This document shows, piece after piece, positions 26,780 to 40,112 of a stretch of 64,000 nt of DNA. Origin of the DNA: Nageia nagi (lineage: Eukaryota; Plantae; Pinophyta). The notes beneath the pieces were generated by a model. It did not search any database and was not told the DNA's origin. It saw nothing but the letters and a program-made list of their open reading frames with translations. The DNA is taken from assembly GCA_050084985.1 (NCBI GenBank), contig JBITNC010000001.1, positions 117,986,001 to 118,050,000 on the forward strand, given 5' to 3'. The position numbers were made by a program, and so were the translations under genes. Numbering within the stretch: position 1 is the first letter of the stretch; the number at the start of each line of letters is the position of its first letter.

Positions 26780-29700
26780 TAAAAATGAACCTCCTCCTTT
26801 ATGCATTTCCCTTTAGTTTGAAGGTTACATTGTACACAATTGTATGATAGATTCAAGGGCAGCCATGATTGTAATGCTAAATAAAGTATCAAATGACATA
26901 GAATTAACCTACACTAAGACTCTCGTAAAATTCTCTAGTTCAATGGTACAAATGTTAAAACCATTAGTGTAGTGAAATATGTCCTAATAAAGCTTCAAAA
27001 ATATCCCAAACTCTCAATTATATAGGATATCATAGTTGTTGACCTTCCTCTTATGTTTGGTTTGTTTATATCAAGAGAGTTTACATTCAAACTAGAAGGG
27101 TACCTATCTATGAATTATTCCTATATAACTATTCCATTCAAGAATAAAAAGTTTAAGGTAATCAATGAACTTGCTATAGAGTTTCTCACTAAGAAACTAC
27201 CTCAAGTGGGCTTGATAGGTGAGTAGGCATTATTAACTAATGTTGTTGAAATGGAATTAGATTATATACATGTAGTTTTTGGAATCATAATAAAAAAAAA
27301 TTGAGAGAAAGGGTATGGGAAACTATGTAATTTGTAAATAAATAACTAATATTGTGGCCCATACCCTTTAGGAAGTAAGGGAAAAAGAGATATGGAAAAT
27401 GCACTTTGATGGAGCTAAATCAAAGAATGGTGTTAGGGTTGGGGTTATCTTGAGGCATCCATTTGGAGAAATAAAGAGACAGTCCTTTTATTTGAATTGG
27501 AGTTGCACAAATAATGCAACAAAATATGAAGCCCTATATCTAGGATTAGAATAAGCAAACAAATTAAATATAAAGTATTTGACTATTCTTGGTGACTCAT
27601 AACTGGTTATCAAGTAAGTGACTAATAGATGTTCATCAAAGCATCATTATCTTAAAAAATATAAAAATAGGGTATGAGATTTATTGGAAAGTTTCAATGC
27701 TCTCAATTTTACTACAATCCATGGGGAACAAAACATTGACACTAATGGCCTTAGCTCAAAAAGGATAGAAATTTTATCCAACTCATCATTGGTTGAGGAG
27801 AAAAGGCATCTAGTTGATTTTTAAACCTTCCATCCTAGATAATGACTATTTTTGGTAAGTTTTTGATAATGATTAAGATATAAATGCTTCCCTATCTACA
27901 CAATTATTATGTTCAAACAACCAAGAGTCACATGTTGAGGTTTTTAGAGAAGAGGATGTGTTACAGTTGAGAAATAATACCTTGCCAAAAGGTGTTATAG
28001 CATTTGAGAACCTTTTCAATAGAGATGATCAATTGAGAAGAGAAATGATTTAGGTCCTCCTAAGAAATTTTAGGAGTTGTACATAGTTCCCAACAAAGTT
28101 CTAAAAATTGGTATAAGAAATTCATATAAAGAAATTTAGGAAATAGCCAAAATCATGAAGGATTTTGTTAGTGTCATGGCCTAAAGCTATGATGACTTGA
28201 AGGTGTTCAACAAAGATGTCATTCAATGCACCATTGAAATGAATTAAGGGGTAATACCTTTTTGAAAAAAAAAAGGCCATTAAATCCTAAAATCAAGGTG
28301 ATAATGCAATAAGAGATTCAAAATTTATATCATGTATAGATCATATATCCCATCAAGCACTCTACTTGGATGGCTAATTTGGTGTTAGTAAGGAAGAAGA
28401 ATGAAGATGTTAGGGGGTGTGTAAATTTTTGAAACCTAAACAAAGCCTTACTTAAATATAAATACCCTTTGCCTCCCATGGAACAAATTCTTCATACTAT
28501 TGCAAGATTTGAATTTTTCTCTTTCCTCAATGGCTTCTCTAGTTATAATTAGATCTAGCTAAAAGATGAAGACCAACATAAAATTGCATTCACTACAAAG
28601 TGGTGTCCATTTTCTTTTCAATGAATGCTATTTTATTTTTTCAATTATGAATAAACATTTCAAAGAGTAATGGATTATGTATTCATGGATTTGATCAACA
28701 AATCTATTTGGTATACTTAAATGATATTACAATTTTTTCAAAAATGAAGAAGGATCACTTGCAGCATCTCCAACAAACTTTCTTGAAATGCTAAGGATTT
28801 AGGATTTCATTAAATATGAATAAATCTATCTTTTCTATTGATCAAAGAAATTTACTTGGACATTTAATCTCAAATGATGGATTCTCCATTGATCCGAAGA
28901 GGGTGAAAGCCATTTCAAAGTTTCCATTTCATCTAACATCAAGAAGTTGCAAGCTACTTTGGGTCAAATCAATTTTATAAGAGGGTTCATTCAAGATTTT
29001 GCTAGGATTGTCAAACCTATAATAGAACTACTCAAAGATAATATGTCTTTCAAGTGGACACCAAAGTGAGTGAAGATTTTAAAAAACTAAAATATGTTAT
29101 TATGTTCACTCTACTATTAAGGAATTTAAAGTTTTTAAATGACTATCTTATACACATATAGAGAAAAAAAGAGCATTTTTGCAGTTATAACACAAAATAA
29201 AGATAATAATGATGAGGATCACATAGCCTTCTTTAGCCAAAACTAGCATAGAGATAAAGATAGGTACAAATTCATTGAAAAACAAGTGTTCACTATCATG
29301 AAATCCCTTAACAAGTTTAAGCATTATATTTCTCATAACAAGATTATAGTGCTTACCATCCACCCAAATGTCTAAAATTATATTATGTAAGGTGAGATGG
29401 ATTCCAACAGAGCTACATGGATTACTAAAATTCTATAATACAAATGTGAAACATTTTCCAACCAAAGCATTTAAGGGAAGAGCTCTTTGTAAGTAGTTAG
29501 TACAAGATTAGAGCTTTGAGTGCATTATGATTTTCAAAGTTGAAAGTGAAGATAGAGAGCTTTAAGAAGTTATAGAAAAATAAGATAATTGGATAACTCA
29601 GCTTTGTATATATTTTGCAAGTGTTAAACTCTTTCCTAAACTTAATACCCTTCAAAGGAGGATATTTAGATTAAATGCACTCATGATAAAGGATGTATTA

Positions 29701-30830
29701 TATAGCAAAAATCGTGATGGAATGTTGTTGATGTACATTCATTCATAGAGAGTTAAAAAAGATTTAAAAGAATTTCATTTAGGATTCTTTGGAGACACTA
29801 CTCATGATATACCATTGATGTTAAAAATTTACAATTAGGCTTCTATTGGCCTTCCTTATACATAGATTCATTCTAGATTGTTAAAGAACATGACAAGTGC
29901 CAAAAAGTTTTGGGAAGAAGAAAAATGGTATCCATGCCATTGCAACCTATTACTATAGAAGAGTCTTTTCATCAATGGGGACTTGACTTTATTGGAATCA
30001 TCAATATAGGTACCTTAGTTGAAAATGGATTCATCCTAATAACTACAAATTAGTTCACAATATGGATGAAAGCTTCTACTACCAAATATAAAGATAAAGA
30101 TACAATCATATCTTTGTTGGAGAAGATTATCACAAGGTTTGGCATCCCACAAAGTATTATATCTAGTGATGGTTTGACATTTCTAAGTGCCAAGGTTTCA
30201 AAGTTTGCCCTAAAATACAAAATCTATAGGAACACCTCTTCTAACTACTACCCTCAAGGTAATATATTAGTTGATTCAACTAACAAAAAATTGTTGAGAA
30301 TCCAAAAGAGGATGGTAGATGAAAACTAGATGGACTAAGATAAGAAGCTTGACCTAATGTTATAGGCAATTAGATCACTTATAAGTCATCAATAAAGAAT
30401 TCTCCTTATGTCCTAGTATATGGGAAATGAGAAATACTACCACCTCATATTGAGTTTCTTACCTTGTAGTTTCTCAACCGATATGAGATGAATGAAATAG
30501 ATCCATTGCAAATGAAAACATTTGTTCAATCTTATCTACCTAGATGGGCTCCAGAAAAACATAGACAAACAAATTTAGAAGAGGATTAACATAATAAATA
30601 AATAGTTTGATAAGAGGTATAGATATAATGTCACTTTCAATCTTAGAGACTTAGTACTTAAATGGGATGAAGATTATACCAAACCTGAATGTCATCACAA
30701 GTTCAACTCCCTATGATCTAGCTCATATACTATTGTTTGAGAAATCCAAAATACTACATTCGAGTTGGAGGGGTCATATGGTTGGATTCTTTTGGTCATT
30801 ATCAATGGACAACATTAAAAGTTGTATACC
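26780..30830 (+). pseudogene. pol: pol remnant PR-aRH-RT-RH-INT of element B
   Basis: PR HNCMIDSRA (~26840); aRH WKMHFDGAKSKNG..CTNNATKYEAL..GDS*LVI (27390-27610); RT STWMANLVLVRKKN (~28360) and VYLNDI (28711); INT FHQWGLDFIG (~29970) and SSNYYPQGN (~30240). Confidence 0.95.
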
Positions 30831-31049
30831 ATTCATTAAATATGTAAGGGTATTATATGTAAATATTGTCTATATTTTCAATGTTAAGTTTTCCTTTCAT
30901 ACAGTTTTCAAGGAGAATATTATATTAATTAGGGTAGTAAATGCCTTCTTATTCATTATAGTCCTACTAAAAAGCCATGCCTTAGTCATTTTCCCTTCAC
31001 ATTTTTGAGTAGTTATGAGCCTAGGGTTTTCAAAGCCTTCCATGATTCT

Positions 31050-33980
31050 AGCCTTCAAACCCAAGCCTTCTAACCAAATCTATAGATTTTTCAAAAATGG
31101 ATAAGTCTTTCATAGCTCAAAATACTATTAGGAATAGGAATGAGAATTTTTTCAATACCAATATTTTGAGCCATATATATTTTAAGACTAAACCCTTCAA
31201 AGTTGAGAAAGTCAAAACTAGTTTCCTATAGAACCTCTTGTACCAAAATGACTTCATTGTACCCTTTATGTGGAAAATATATCACTTGTATCTTGAGTTA
31301 GTCAAAGCCTTAGTTCCCCTAACCAAAGATAAAATATAAAAGGTACAAAACAACTAAGGAGCCATAATTCTTTACTTGAGTCATTTCACCATGTACAAAG
31401 CCTTCTTCCACCTAGATGACAAGAAGCCTTGGGCTAGTGTGAAAGTGGTTGAATGAGATACTAATAAGTACCCACTTAAATGGTTCAACCCATACTTATT
31501 AATATTGACTATGGAGAAGAATAATTTTTACAAGATTTTAGGGTTCAATCCCAACTTATCTTGGCTCATTATAATGATCATTGTCCTATTCAAAGACAAA
31601 GATATCTAGATAGTGTAGCTAAAACATGTCACCATGGTATATCAAGAAATCAATAACCATTTTGGCTAACACCATGATTCATATAATATGGTTGGTGATA
31701 AGGTATCCATGAGGCTGACCAATAAAGATAGGGTAAATGAGTATCACCACCTTTCCCTTTTCTATTGGCACCTTCTTCATCAACATTTAGAGGTCTTCCC
31801 AGAGCTACAACTAACTCAGATAGATGAAAATAGGAATCCCTAAAGGGTGGAAAAATGGACTAGGGTTCTTAGCATAAGCAATTAATATTATGATTTTATA
31901 ATATACTTTCTTTATCCCACCTTGAACTTCATTTATAGCATAGTCCATCCTTAGCTATCAAAGTTGGTAATGATCAATTTGAAGCAGGGCCAATTTTGCA
32001 AGGGGGACGCATATTTCACCAAAAATTATACATTTATGATTTGAAATGGGTTTTATGAAAAATCCATGAAGCTCCCATTTTATGTTTCAAATTGGGTCTT
32101 TCAAATGAAGGTTACAATATAGGAGGATTATGTGGAAATATCATGTGGAGTTCCAAAAGAAAAGAAGGGAATATACATATATGCTTTAGGTTTTGATCTA
32201 ATTTAGGCCTATAATGAATTTTACTAGGAGTACCTCATGGCCAAAATGGAGAAGTTATAGCTGAAATAAATTTTAATGTCTTGGCCATATGACTTCTTGG
32301 GAGTATTCATGGTTCATTTGAATATGATAAATTCAAAAGCTCTAGATTTTGTTAGAGTGTCCATTGAAAATTTGAAAGTTTTAGGAACAACTTTGAAGAT
32401 GGATCATTTTTACTGGATGCACTATTGGATACCTCTTTCCTAACTTTTTGGAGGAAAATCTATATTTTAAATATCAACTACTCCTTTGCTTCAGATAGAG
32501 ACTTTAGCTTGCACAAGGATATCAATAAAAGCCTTGATAATTCTAACTAGCTAGAGAAAAAGAAGAAATGTTTTATGTAATATTGTGTGGAGAGAAAATA
32601 TAATTCATTATAATGGATGTGTGAATAGGACAAGAAATTCTCAGATGCTTATGATAAGGAATTTATCACAGAGCTTTAGAAAAAGAAAGTTAGGATGGTA
32701 GAAATGATTTTGAAATCTTTAAAGGGAAAGAGTAAAATGATTGATGAAGAGCTAGCATTGATGACCAAGTGAAAGAAATAGGCTATCATGTTGGAATAGA
32801 AGTTTCTATCTACCTCCATAAAGGCTAATTTCATAGGATAGGTTAATGAAAAACCCATATCAAAGGAAGAAAAGGTTTATCTAAAATAGTTAGAGAAGAA
32901 ATTTGCAAAGGAAGATGAAAAGAAAAGATGAGAACAAGGAAAGAAAGATGTTGCCTTGGACCCACTAACAATAGCAGCATTGACAAATCCAACAAGGAGT
33001 GGTTTGAGAAACACCACAAGGAGCAAAACATTTAGCATCAAATCTAACTAAACATTGAGTTGACCATGAAGAATGGCTATATTTAAGCCTTGGAGCTAGA
33101 AGTAGATGCCCTAAAAGGTACACTTAAGGGAAAAGAAGTAGAGTACTTTGAAAGAAGAGAAGAAAAAGCTACAAGGAGATATAAAATCCAAGTGGGCTAT
33201 TGATATGAAGAAGGATGTAGACATGAAAGCATCCATAGATAATTTTACTAAGATGAAGGTTGAGCTAAAGGAGAAATTGAAGAGAAATGATCATAATCCA
33301 CCAATCTAAGGCATACAAGAATTGGTAAAAGTAAGTTTACCTATTAAATGTTTTGAAGAACATAAAGGTTGGGTACTCGAATAAGATGATCCCTATTTTG
33401 AGTTTATTGAACTCAATCTAAGAGTATATTTTGTATTGTGAGAGAAATGTGTAAGAATATAAGATTGTGTTTGATTCTAAGAGAAATTTTGCCAAGATGT
33501 TGATGGAGAATTTAGAAGTCATCAAGGTGATGAATCAAAAGGATATCATAAACATTGAAATTTGTGATACACATTAAAAAGTTTTGGTAATGTCCTAGAA
33601 GGTGGTCCATTTATAGGAACTAATTTTGTGTATAAATAGATGTATAAAATCACTTAAGGTAGAAATAAGCAAATTGAATGGTGCTTTTATGGTTTTTGAA
33701 AGAAATAAGATTCCTTCTCTATACAAGGAAGGAAAAAGTGTATATACTTTGCATGAAATGAAGGCATTTTATGATATGCAACAAAAATCTCATGATATAT
33801 TTGTAGATTATTTTGATGATAATTTTTAAGATAATTTCTCTAAATTTTCCCAATAAATGATAAAGATGGAGAAGTGGGTAGCTGAATTAACAAAGCTAAA
33901 ACAAACATTACATAAAGCTTATCAATCAGTTCATTTCATTAGCCATGGTCATCCAAGAAATAAGCATACCATTTGATGGA
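31050..33980 (+). pseudogene. Extra sense-strand ORF remnant downstream of integrase, function unknown
   Basis: About 3 kb of purine-rich, coding-like sequence; YHHLSLFYWHLLHQHLE near 31740, followed by K/E-rich segments. Confidence 0.5.
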
Positions 33981-34119
33981 GAGTGGGCTAGTTCTTTAGC
34001 GATTTTACCAATGTATAAGGTATTATTTTTATAGTTATCAATTATTTTGTATGTAGTTTAAATATTTTAAGTAAGGGTTTGAGATTAGGTGACACAAATC
34101 CTCTAGGAAGTTACCAAAA

Positions 34120-35530
34120 TGTATATCCATACATGTCTTAACAAAGAAATAAGAAGGATTTCTATGGGTATATTTCTTTTGTAACCATATTACTATTGAG
34201 ATAACCATAATTAGCCAATTTGGAGTAGACATGTTGAAGTTTGATTTTGGAAGAATTATGATAGTTTTGGTATATATATATCCCATCGTAAGTGTAATAA
34301 AATCAAAAGAAGGAAGGACATCCAATTTTGAAATGTTTTTACAACAAGTAATTTTTATAGAGGTATGAAAATTGTTGAGATGAAGGATATCTCTAGAGAT
34401 CTAGTAAAGTTAGGACAATGACATAATCAATAATTTCCTTTATGTCTTATGAAATATTTGGTTTTTCTATACTTTTATCAAGGTGTAAAGGATAATATTT
34501 GGCTCAAAATCAAGAGGAATCCTTCACATACTTCCATCAATATAAGGTCCTGCCATAAGTGACATAGGAAAAGATTGAGGAGAGTTTCAAGATATATGTC
34601 GTATTGTATATACCATTTTGGAGATTCAATTCTTGACCATGTAGAATCAAATAGGGTCAAAGAACTTTTCTTGAATGAGCCTTTTGTTCAAGTATTTGGT
34701 TTTGATAGGTTTTTTTGAGTGCAATCACTTTAAAATAGTGTCATAAGTATTGTAAAGTATATTTTATTTTCAAGAAGGTGATCTCAACTGCCAAATCTAA
34801 GTTCTAAGCTCTAAATACATCAAAGGATTCCAACTACATGGGATATTATTTTAGAGACTTAAATATTTTAATATAGATTATAAAATGAATTAAAATTAAA
34901 TTCGATACAAATTTATTTATAGGTGCTTTCATATATCAGAGTTTATTAGAAGTATGTTAGTGTAGATTCGTTAGTAGGAAAACTATAAGTAGTGGTATTG
35001 TGAAGAAGGAAGGGGTCATATACATTATATATTTTCCCTATTTTCTACTTGTGTGAGATGATAATATAATATAACATGCTTCTTGATCTCTTAAATATCA
35101 TTTATCTCTCACTATTCTTAAATCATTATGTGATCTATTTATTTTTACTTCACAGATTGTGAGAAATAGTTAGTAGTTAATGCATATTTATGAAGATTTT
35201 ATATTTTATTATTACTTAGAGTGTCATGCTTAATTTAGAGGCTATAAAACCAAATTATTTTACCAACTTGGATACTTCTTTAATGAATTCCTAGGATGGT
35301 CTAGATTTTTTGATTTCCTTACATGCACTTGTTAGCATAGCAGTTAGATTTACTTTCATTTAGTAAGTTTATTTGCTACATTATTTGGTTTTTATTATTT
35401 TTCTATTTGGTCCAATCAAAGGAGTTGACCTTCTTTGGAGATATGATTTATAGTCCTAGGAATTATATCCTTAGAATTATTATCATGGATTTGATACATA
35501 GGTATGCCTATTACCACATCTTAGCCTACA
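34120..35530 (+). repeat. 3' LTR of element B
   Basis: Starts TGTATATCCATAC like 23337 and ends TTAGCCTACA. Confidence 0.9.
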
Positions 35531-35535
35531 ATGTT

Positions 35536-36589
35536 CTTTCATCATGATTATTCAAGAAACATATACTATTATGATTTTGTAATTTCCCAAATTAGTAAAA
35601 ATACTAATTTACTCAAAAATAACCAATTCTACATAAAATAATTTTATTTTGGATAAAGAAGATTAAATTTGCAATATATTGATCTCACAAACCAAATATA
35701 ATGCTCAAAAATCTTCCAAATGATGCCCTTAAGATTGAATATTTGGCTTAGAATAATAGATTTTGCACAAACAACTCTAAAATGCACAAATTGGTTGTAA
35801 TTTTGAGTCTAAGAGGTTGAAATATGCTCCAAATGAAGAAAATACTCCTCCAAGGTTGGACATCACATGAATAGTACCTCAAACCCCTATATCTATCCTT
35901 AGAAATGCTTCAGAATACCTCTAGAGGCTATGCATCCTTGCTCAAGCTAGATGATTATATCAAAATTATATATCTAAACTTTGGAATGCAACTCAAAATA
36001 AAGAATGAAGGGTTTTCATTCTTAGGTATTGAAAGTAAGAAGGCTTTCATCCTTAGACTTTGGAATTAAGAAGGTTTTCATCCTCTAGACCACTCTCTTG
36101 TAGGTTTTCATCCATAAGAGGGTAGAAACTAACTTTATTGTCAATATTCAAGGAAATAATATAATATAGAAAAGCGATGCCTCCCAAATGGTATGTCCCT
36201 CTCCATTATAGTTAGGTGCTAAGATTGGGGACATTAGAAATCTAATCAAAGAATTATGAAAGAACATAAATTAAGTCTATTATAAGGGAATGAATTTCCA
36301 TATTTGTGCAACAAAATAGACTTGATCAAATTATGAGCATTAAGAGCTAAATTACACACCTACAAGGGAAATAAATATTGATACGTGAAAAATAATCTAC
36401 CACATAGTAACCATTGGATGAATGTCTATATGTGCATGGTGGATTCAAAATGGAATTGAAATATGGAACATTAAATTCCTTTGCTAACTCACTCTATAAA
36501 TTAGGTTTCCCACTCTAAGTGACAAATTCAAATATTACAATTCAATAAATGAGTGCGGGTGATAGGAGCCTCAATTTTGAGTCATTACA
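35536..36589 (-). repeat. Probable 3' LTR of the chromovirus, with short GAAGG(T/C)TTTCATCC repeats at ~36007-36115
   Basis: Begins TGTAATG on the minus strand right after the chromodomain; partner LTR not identified. Confidence 0.4.
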
Positions 36590-36599
36590 ATATTGTAGG

Positions 36600-39500
36600 G
36601 CTCCTAAATTGCTTGTCTCTATATAATTCAAGGTTGGATGATCAAGGATTTTAGATCCTTACTATGTACAATCCTCAATTAGTAACCCTTTGCATTTAAC
36701 CAAGTTATCATTGATTAATTTAATTTCTTAGCTTCTTCTCATAACTCCAACATATTTTTCGATTCGAATATCAATTTGCCTTCATTTTCATATCAAGGTA
36801 TATCTAAGGAATGTATAACATGTTGTTTGAGAGGCTTATTTAAGTAAGAAACATGAAATATATTATGAATTCTACTACTAGAAGGTAGCTCCATATCATA
36901 AGCAACCTCTCCAATCCAACATAAGACTTTGTAGTAAAAGCATGGTCTCAACTTCTCAACTCCACTTTTCTTCAATTTAGATTATCAATAAGACTGAAGG
37001 TGCAAATAGACCATATCGTTATCTTCAAAAATCCTCTAAACTCTTTATTTATCTTCATATTTCTTTTGTTGATTTTATGTATGGTGAATATTATTTTTTA
37101 CTACCTTTAAGATTTCTTCTTTTTCCCACAAAATGTTATGAGCTTGTGCAACCCTAGTATCATTAAGAAATATGTCAACAAAGTTATGAGCTTCATAAAA
37201 ATATGAATCCATATAAGGAGATATTTTTATGGATATTTGATATGAATTATTGTATAAAAAATCCCACAAGTGTAGACATATCACCCATTCATTATGTTAT
37301 CCCAAAAATACTTTCTCAAGTATCCTTCTAATCATTTGTTCACAATTGCATTTTGCCCATCAGTTTGAGGGTGATAACATATGTTGGGAGTCAATTGTGT
37401 TCCAATAAGTATAAATAATTCTTGTCAAAATAAGCTCATGAAATTGTTATCCCTATCACATAAAATATTTTTATATAAGCCATGAAGCCTAAATACCTCC
37501 CTAAAGGACAAACTAGCCACTTATACAACTATGTATGTGGTTTTAATAAAAAAGAAATAGTTATATTTTTTCAAGCTATCAACCATAACATAAATGTAAT
37601 ATTTTCCTTGCAATTTGGCAAAACTACTAATGAATTCCATGGATATGCTTTCCCATTTCTCATTTTGAATTAGAAATGGTTGAAGCAAAATAGTAGGTAG
37701 TGTATTAGTAGTCTTATTCTCTTGGCAAATGGAATGTTGTCTTATTCTCTTGGTAAATGGAATGCTCTCTCATATGTTTTAGCACATAATCCTTAAGTCC
37801 TTTCCATGTGAATCTTTCTTTCAACAATCTATATTTCTTATAAAACCCTATATGATCCACCAAAAGGTGTGTCATGCATGGTTGACATTAGTTTTTCCTT
37901 TATTTTTTATTTAGGAACTATAGAAATTATATTTTTGTGAAAAAGTAGCCCATCTCTACCTTTAATTTTTCATCAAAACATAGCCCATATATGATTTTTA
38001 AAATAAAATCATTTTTCATATACTCAACCATTATTTTTTCCTTCCAATCAACAATTATAATAAAAAAAGAATGAAATGAAGGAGTTTTTAATAATTCATT
38101 AGTAATATTATCATTTTTCCCCTTCACATACTCAATGTCAAAATTATAGGCTTGCAATTAACTTACCCATGTATGTTGTGTATCATTGACATCACACTAT
38201 CCCATGGAATGTTTCAAGCTATTATGATTAGTATTCACCATGAATCTACCAAAAATAATATATTAATTGAACATTGACAAATCATGCATGATGGTTTGTT
38301 TAGGTAGTATATTATTTTTGGTAGATTCATGGTGAACAATGATCATAATAGCTTGAAACATTTGTTGGGATAGTATGATCCTAATGATGGACAACATAAA
38401 TGGGTAAGTCAATTGCAAGCCTATAATTTTAACATTGAGTATGTGAAGTATAAAAAGGATACTATGAGTGAAATTTGCAAATAAATTCCTCTTAATGGGA
38501 TTGAGTTTTCTAATCTCAAATGCAATTGACTACCCCTTTTGCATGAGGAAAACCCCTATTCCAACACTTGATGCATCACATTCAATAGTAAAGGGAAAAG
38601 AGGAATCAATAATTACAAGAAAAGGATAAGAATACATTTCTTGATTTAGTTTTTAAACAATTTTTTTCTCCATCATTCCACATGAATTATCCCTTCTTTT
38701 TCAATTCCATCAATAGGGTTTTCAATTATGAAAATCCCTTAAAGAATCTTCTATAATAGCTACATAATCTTAAAAATCCTCTAAAATGGGTCAAGGTACT
38801 AACCATTGGCCATTGTTGAATGGAGGTTACTTTTTCTTGATCCACATGAACACCTTTTTTTTATTATGTACCCAAAATACAATATTTTGGTCAACCCAAA
38901 TTTACATTTGGATTGCTTGGAATAAAATTATTGTTGCTCTAATATACCTAAAACCATATCTAAATGCCTAATATGCTGCTCCTGTGTGTTGTTGCAAATA
39001 AGAATATCATGATAAAATAACATTATAAAAACTTTCAAATACTTCCAAAAAATATGATTCATGGTCTATTCGAAAGTGGTACGTGCATTAGTTAGCCAAA
39101 TGGCATAGTTAAAGACACAAAGTGACTAAAGTGGTATTTAAAGGAAGTTTTCTTCACATCCTCACCTCTGAATCTGATATGATGATACTTGAATATGAAA
39201 TCAATTTTAGAGAAATAAATAGCATCATGAATCTCATTAATAAGTTTTTACACTCTAGGAATACGATACCTATTATTTATTATTTTATTATTGAGGACCT
39301 TATAGTCAATGTATATTCTCAAAGTTCCATTCCTCTTTTTGACCAACACAATTGAGGAAGCAACTGGACTAGATCTAGGATGAATGTGACCCAAGTCAAG
39401 AATTTCCTTTATGATTTAATCAATCTTAGCCTTGTACATATGTAGGTGCCTATATGGAGTGATCATCATAGGCTTAGATCCAAGTTCTAAATCTATGACG

Positions 39501-40112
39501 TGTTTAAAACTCCTACTTGTTCAGAAATCCTTTGGCATATATCCAAACACAATAGTAAGCCTATTTAATTTTTTTGGAATCTCAAGCTAATAAGAAAATT
39601 TTTTACTAGAAGAGGAATGAAGCATTCCTTTTACCACAAACAAAATAGTGCCCTAAAGTATGTCATCATTCTTGATAATCCCCTCCATTCTCTTGGGCAA
39701 TACATTTTGAATAACATTTTCTTTCATCCCTCACAAGATCACATCATGCCTATTGGATTTGAATTTTATCCCCAACATGTGGTAGTTAGAAGTTACATAA
39801 CCTAATGAGTATAATCATTGTACCCCAAGCACCATATATAACATTCCTTCCATTAGATATATATAAAAATCATCAAACACCTCATAGTATCTAAAACTTA
39901 CCTTCAATTATTTCACCAATTCGGTGCAAGGTCAAATATCTTTTTTTCCTATCACCATATTGAACTTGATAAAATATTTTGTTATGAATCTATTTATTTT
40001 CACAAATCTCTCATTAATGAATTTATGGTTGACCCACCATCAATTAATACAACCACTATGTATTCCACCACTTCTCATAGCACTTTAATGATGATAAATT
40101 GGGTTAGACTAC
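36600..40112 (-). pseudogene. pol: pol remnant of a chromovirus-type Ty3/gypsy element (PR-RT-RH-INT-chromodomain)
   Basis: PR VLIDGGST near 40040; RH KWVS*LQAYNFDIEYVKGK; INT KKSGVEKLRP..IGEVAYDMELPSSSRIHNIFHVS (ORF 36793-36975); chromodomain-like LVKCKGLLIED near 36690. Confidence 0.92.
38109..38461. repeat. Imperfect inverted duplication within the chromovirus RNase H (154-bp arms, 45-bp spacer)
   Basis: 38109-38262 pairs with 38308-38461. Confidence 0.92.

Larger units (their letters stand above)
23337..35530 (+). mobile_element. Full-length degenerate Tat-type Ty3/gypsy retrotransposon with aRH upstream of RT (element B)
   Basis: LTRs 23337-24720 and 34120-35530 (TGTAT..ACA). Decayed tRNA-Arg PBS TAGTACACCCGATGGGA near 24737 (cf. 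TGGCACGCCCGGTGGGA). Flanks ACATT/ATGTT. Order gag-PR-aRH-RT-RH-INT-extra ORF. Confidence 0.92.
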
